Below, piece after piece: positions 24,088-27,083 of a stretch of 27,083 nucleotides of DNA (its first letter is position 1; each line of letters starts with the position of its first letter). The stretch is from positions 1 through 27,083 of the IMG/VR virus record IMGVR_UViG_3300049173_000047; one strand, given 5' to 3'. A model generated the notes under the pieces. It searched no databases. It was not told the DNA's origin and saw nothing but the letters and a program-made list of their open reading frames with translations. Both the position numbers and the translations under genes were made by a program. The stretch comes from a virus. Lineage: Duplodnaviria > Caudoviricetes.

Positions 24088-24551
24088 ATCGTGTCGCTGC
24101 TGTTGTGGACGTCCCAGGCGGCGTCGAACAGCTTCTTGATCTCACCCTCGTTGATCTTCTCAAAGAGCTGGGCCGCCTGCTCCTCGCTCATCACCGGGTC
24201 GACGCAGGAGGCGGCGATCAGGGCCCGCGGGAACGTCTCCGAGTCGAATGCCTCGTCGGGCTCCTTGGACGGATGCCCGGCCATCAGGTCGCTGTACGCC
24301 TTGTCACCGATGTACCGCAGGGTGAAGGGCCGCTCCGCTGCGTGGATCTGCTCGCGCAGCGCCTTCATCTCCTCGGCGATGGCCCGGCCCGGGTGCACCT
24401 CGCTGAGATCCGAGGGCTCCCAGTCCGTGGACGTCTGGGCGAGCGCGTCCTGCAGCTCCTCCATGCGCCCGGCCAGGTCGCCCCGGATGCACACCTTGAC
24501 GGTGCGCTCCCGGGGCGTCGCCTCGGCGAGGATGTCCTCGATGCTCGCCAT
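24033..24551 (-). CDS. Tail assembly chaperone (G)
   Basis: Acidic 172-aa ORF between tail tube and tape measure, with a slippery site near the 3' end. Confidence 0.85.
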   Translation of the reverse strand: MASIEDILAEATPRERTVKVCIRGDLAGRMEELQDALAQTSTDWEPSDLSEVHPGRAIAEEMKALREQIHAAERPFTLRYIGDKAYSDLMAGHPSKEPDEAFDSETFPRALIAASCVDPVMSEEQAAQLFEKINEGEIKKLFDAAWDVHNSSDTIPFSLAASALLAALGGEN

Positions 24552-25030
24552 CAGGCCACCGTGGCGGCGGTCGCAGGCGGGGAGGTGACCTTCATCGGCG
24601 ACACGAACTTCATGACCTCGTTCGCCGCCGGCGAGCTGTTCTGCGGCTCGCCGCAGGTGATCGGGTAGACCTCCGCCTTCTGGCCGGTCGCCCAGGCGGT
24701 GGCGTAGGCGATGCCGCGCCGCACCACCAGGTAGCCGCTGACGCCGTACTTCAGCGTCGTGTACGGGAGGTCCTCGCCGCCGGTGGTGCCGCGCTTGAAC
24801 GTGAGCTCGGCGTCGTAGCCAACCCTGCCAACGGTCTTGGTGTCGAAGGTGCTCGCCAGCGAGGACGTGTCGACGTCCGCGGTCGACGGGTCCACCTTCA
24901 GGCCGTCCGGGGTGACGCGGGTCGTGAAGTCGCTGCCCGCATTCAGCTCGGTCGTGGTCGGCGCGTTGATGTTGGAGATGGACGACGCCCAGACCACCTT
25001 GGTCATTCCGTCGCTGATCAGGTCAGACAT
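24551..25030 (-). CDS. Major tail (tube) protein
   Basis: Strong GAGGAGGG RBS; APTTTELNAG.D...GYLVVRRG...EVYPITCGE; synteny. Confidence 0.85.
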   Translation of the reverse strand: MSDLISDGMTKVVWASSISNINAPTTTELNAGSDFTTRVTPDGLKVDPSTADVDTSSLASTFDTKTVGRVGYDAELTFKRGTTGGEDLPYTTLKYGVSGYLVVRRGIAYATAWATGQKAEVYPITCGEPQNSSPAANEVMKFVSPMKVTSPPATAATVA

Positions 25031-25042
25031 GAACCCTCCTCA

Positions 25043-25072
25043 GGGCATGAAAAAAGCCCCGGGCGACGGGGC
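25043..25072 (-). terminator. Intra-operon terminator-like hairpin before the major tail gene
   Basis: GCCCCG-TCGCC-CGGGGC-TTTTTT-CATGCCC on the - strand. Confidence 0.6.
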
Positions 25073-25092
25073 GGACAGGGTCGGGCGGAGCG

Positions 25093-25425
25093 TCAGATGA
25101 CGAGGCTGGCGACGGTGACGCTGGTCGTCGACGAGTAGGTGATCGACGCGCTCACGCCGTCGGCAGCCGAGGCGAAGAGGTCGGAAGTGATCGGGCCGAT
25201 CATCTTGTCCCCGGTCGTCGCGGGGACAGTCACGACCAGGTCCGCGACGCCCTGACCGCGGATCTTGCCCGTCGCGGTGATCGTGACGGTCATTGACGAT
25301 CCAGCCGTGTTCTTGACGTGCAGGAAGCTGCGTTCGCCGCACGTCACCGTGGTGGACGCGGCGGCGGCCGAGTAGGTCGGGGTCAGGCCGCTCAAGGCGA
25401 CGACCTGCTGCGCGAGAAGCGCCAT
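25093..25425 (-). CDS. Small Thr/Ala/Val-rich beta protein, probable virion structural/decoration protein
   Basis: ATG 25425 after GGAG; FLHVKNTAGSSMTVTITA...IGP...ITYS. Confidence 0.75.
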   Translation of the reverse strand: MALLAQQVVALSGLTPTYSAAAASTTVTCGERSFLHVKNTAGSSMTVTITATGKIRGQGVADLVVTVPATTGDKMIGPITSDLFASAADGVSASITYSSTTSVTVASLVI

Positions 25426-25438
25426 GAGGGATCTCCGA

Positions 25439-25849
25439 TCAGGCGGGAATGGACTTGATCCGGTACTGCACCGGAACGAAAAAGCTGGGCGGAGTGGTGT
25501 CGTCGTCACGCTGCACCGGGGGCCCGCCCAGATCCTCCGGCCGCCACACCGCCCGCCCGGCCACCGTTAGCGGCACGGACAAGGCGGCGCGCGTCTTGTC
25601 GGCGACCCACAGGGCCCGCTCCAGTGACGCGCCGACACAGGTCACCTGGAAGGTGGCCATGAAGTCGGTGCGGACATCCGCGAGAGATTCACGCACGGCC
25701 TCGCCCGGCTCCGGGTACAGGACCGTGTATTTGTCCGGCGGCGACCAGCCAGCACCTGTGGGCGCGCCGCCGAGGTACACGATCAGGCTCGCGGCTTGCA
25801 GGGCGGCCTGCACCGCGTCCATGTGCGGCAACACCGTCGGCGTGCTCAC
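25439..25849 (-). CDS. Tail terminator-like protein
   Basis: YTVLYP, FQVTCVG...ALWVADK, VQRDDD; position in the neck/tail block. Confidence 0.75.
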   Translation of the reverse strand: MSTPTVLPHMDAVQAALQAASLIVYLGGAPTGAGWSPPDKYTVLYPEPGEAVRESLADVRTDFMATFQVTCVGASLERALWVADKTRAALSVPLTVAGRAVWRPEDLGGPPVQRDDDTTPPSFFVPVQYRIKSIPA

Positions 25850-25853
25850 GGGC

Positions 25854-26252
25854 TCACCACCAGGCCAGTCCGCGCTCGGCGATCAGCGCCAGCTGCGCCT
25901 CGAAACGCGGCTCTTCCATATCGAGCGCCCGCCCGCCGTCGCGGTGCGGTGGGTTCTTCACCGAGCCGTACTCCAGCAGGTTGCCGAGGGCGCCCTGCGG
26001 GCCGCCCTTGTCCGGGCCGATGATCGCCATCCAGATGTCCGGGCCGTAGGCGGCCAGGTCGAAGCCGATGCTGCTCGGGTACTGCGGGGCGTGTTTCGGA
26101 GCCGACGAGCGCGCGTTGGACTTCCAGTCCCGCTTGATGTTCATCGCACCGCGCATCGTCACCGCGCGGGCATCCCGGCGAGCCCGCGGAACCGCGCGCG
26201 CCAGATGCCGTTCCAGGCGGCGCACATCGCCCATGTCGAATCGGATGCTCAC
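25854..26252 (-). CDS. Neck / tail-completion protein (HK97 gp10-like)
   Basis: GTG 26252 (GTGA overlap); IGPDKGGPQGALGNLLEYGS. Confidence 0.75.
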   Translation of the reverse strand: MSIRFDMGDVRRLERHLARAVPRARRDARAVTMRGAMNIKRDWKSNARSSAPKHAPQYPSSIGFDLAAYGPDIWMAIIGPDKGGPQGALGNLLEYGSVKNPPHRDGGRALDMEEPRFEAQLALIAERGLAWW

Positions 26253-26662
26253 GACCGGTCCTCCGTCCTGATCCGCCACGCCGTCGACTGATCCGAGAAA
26301 GACGCACCCGTCACCCACAGCACCAGCCCTGGCATGCGGGCATCGGGTGAGGCGGTCACCTCGATCTGCATCCCCGGCAGCACCCGGGTACCGGGCGGAA
26401 GGGGCGTCGACCAGGGCAGGTGCACCTCGTACTCGCGCTGCTGGATGCCGCGCTCCCCGGCCTCCGTTTCCTGGCCCGTCGACGCGGCGATCGCTTTCAC
26501 CCGCGCCTTACCGGCGTACAGATCGGTCTGCGCGCCCCGCACGGTCTGGCCGGTGGACCGGTCGAAGGAATCCGCAGCCTGGCTGTATAGGCGCACCGTG
26601 TCCCGCATGCGGGCCTCAGCCGCCGCCCGGCCGCCAGCGAGAAGCGAGTCCAGCGCCGTCAT
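26249..26662 (-). CDS. Head-closure/stopper-like protein (DUF6093-like)
   Basis: GRAAAEARMRDTV...YAGKARV...Y.VHLP...TAWR pattern; ATGA overlap. Confidence 0.75.
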   Translation of the reverse strand: MTALDSLLAGGRAAAEARMRDTVRLYSQAADSFDRSTGQTVRGAQTDLYAGKARVKAIAASTGQETEAGERGIQQREYEVHLPWSTPLPPGTRVLPGMQIEVTASPDARMPGLVLWVTGASFSDQSTAWRIRTEDRS

Positions 26663-27083
26663 CGCAGCCTCGCCGTACCCACACGGCGCCGGTAGTCACC
26701 CAGCAGCAGCTTGTGGTTGTCGGAGAGCCCGCCAAGGCCGAGAGACTCGGCAGCGAAGGTGCGGGAGTAGTCGTCGATGGCTTCCTGACGGAGCATCGCC
26801 GGATTCGACAACGTCGCCGAAGCCAAATCCAGGCAGACGCCGCGCACCTCGTCCGGGATCTCATCCCAGCCGTGCGTATACGTCACCTGCACCAGGCCTG
26901 GATCCGGGTAGGTAGTCCTGCCCGGCAGGCGATGCCAACCGCCCGTGCGGAGCAGCCGATCACCGGACAACGCCCAGTCGCTGAGAACCAGCGCGTTCAC
27001 CTTCACCTCGGACACCGACACCACCGGCCGCTGCGGCAGCACCAGCTGATCGCAGTCGATGACCCGCAGCGTCAGATGTGTAT
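26659..27083 (-). CDS. Head-tail adaptor/connector (5' end beyond the window)
   Basis: VQVTYTHGW.EIPDEV..VCLDLA....NP..LRQEAIDDYS; the frame stays open to the window edge. Confidence 0.8.
   Translation of the reverse strand, partial: THLTLRVIDCDQLVLPQRPVVSVSEVKVNALVLSDWALSGDRLLRTGGWHRLPGRTTYPDPGLVQVTYTHGWDEIPDEVRGVCLDLASATLSNPAMLRQEAIDDYSRTFAAESLGLGGLSDNHKLLLGDYRRRVGTARLR

Larger units (their letters stand above)
1..27083. mobile_element. Temperate siphovirus genome segment (early genes, immunity, int, attP, accessory, lysis, tail, neck), probably Streptomyces
   Basis: Read on the reverse strand, the gene order is the canonical tail>lysis>accessory>attP>int/repressor>cro/xis/ant. Recognisable tape measure, endolysin and tyrosine integrase; high-GC3 codon usage. 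Confidence 0.95.

Overview
This high-GC window (about 70% by eye) is part of a temperate siphovirus of an actinomycete, most likely Streptomyces. It is in the non-integrated (virion, excised or tandem) arrangement, and no ordinary host chromosome is visible. From left to right: (1) a leftward, translationally coupled early operon with small hypotheticals, a Bro-N/ANT antirepressor, an Xis-like HTH and a Cro-like HTH; (2) a divergent switch with 18-bp operator repeats, an XRE repressor with no peptidase domain, an unknown protein made of two ~72-aa repeats, and a tyrosine integrase; (3) an apparently intact attP with three pairs of 11-bp-spaced arm sites, carrying what looks like the replacement 3' end of a protein-coding target gene; (4) a ~5.5-kb accessory region of small self-contained units, many with leaderless promoters, including two GntR regulators, Cys-rich mini-proteins, two LexA (SOS) boxes, a DNA-binding-domain-only mini-LexA facing a DUF6233-like gene, and a serine resolvase with a res-like site; (5) a leftward late operon running from neck and tail genes (with a -1 frameshifted chaperone and the tape measure) to a lysis region. 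The lysis region has an RNase AS/DUF5051-like exonuclease between endolysin and holin and ends in an unannotated 31-aa Pro/Asp peptide. The best candidates for undescribed biology are the non-canonical SOS/induction circuit, the gene-restoring attP and the extended lysis cassette. All family calls come from motif recognition by eye; no database searches were run.
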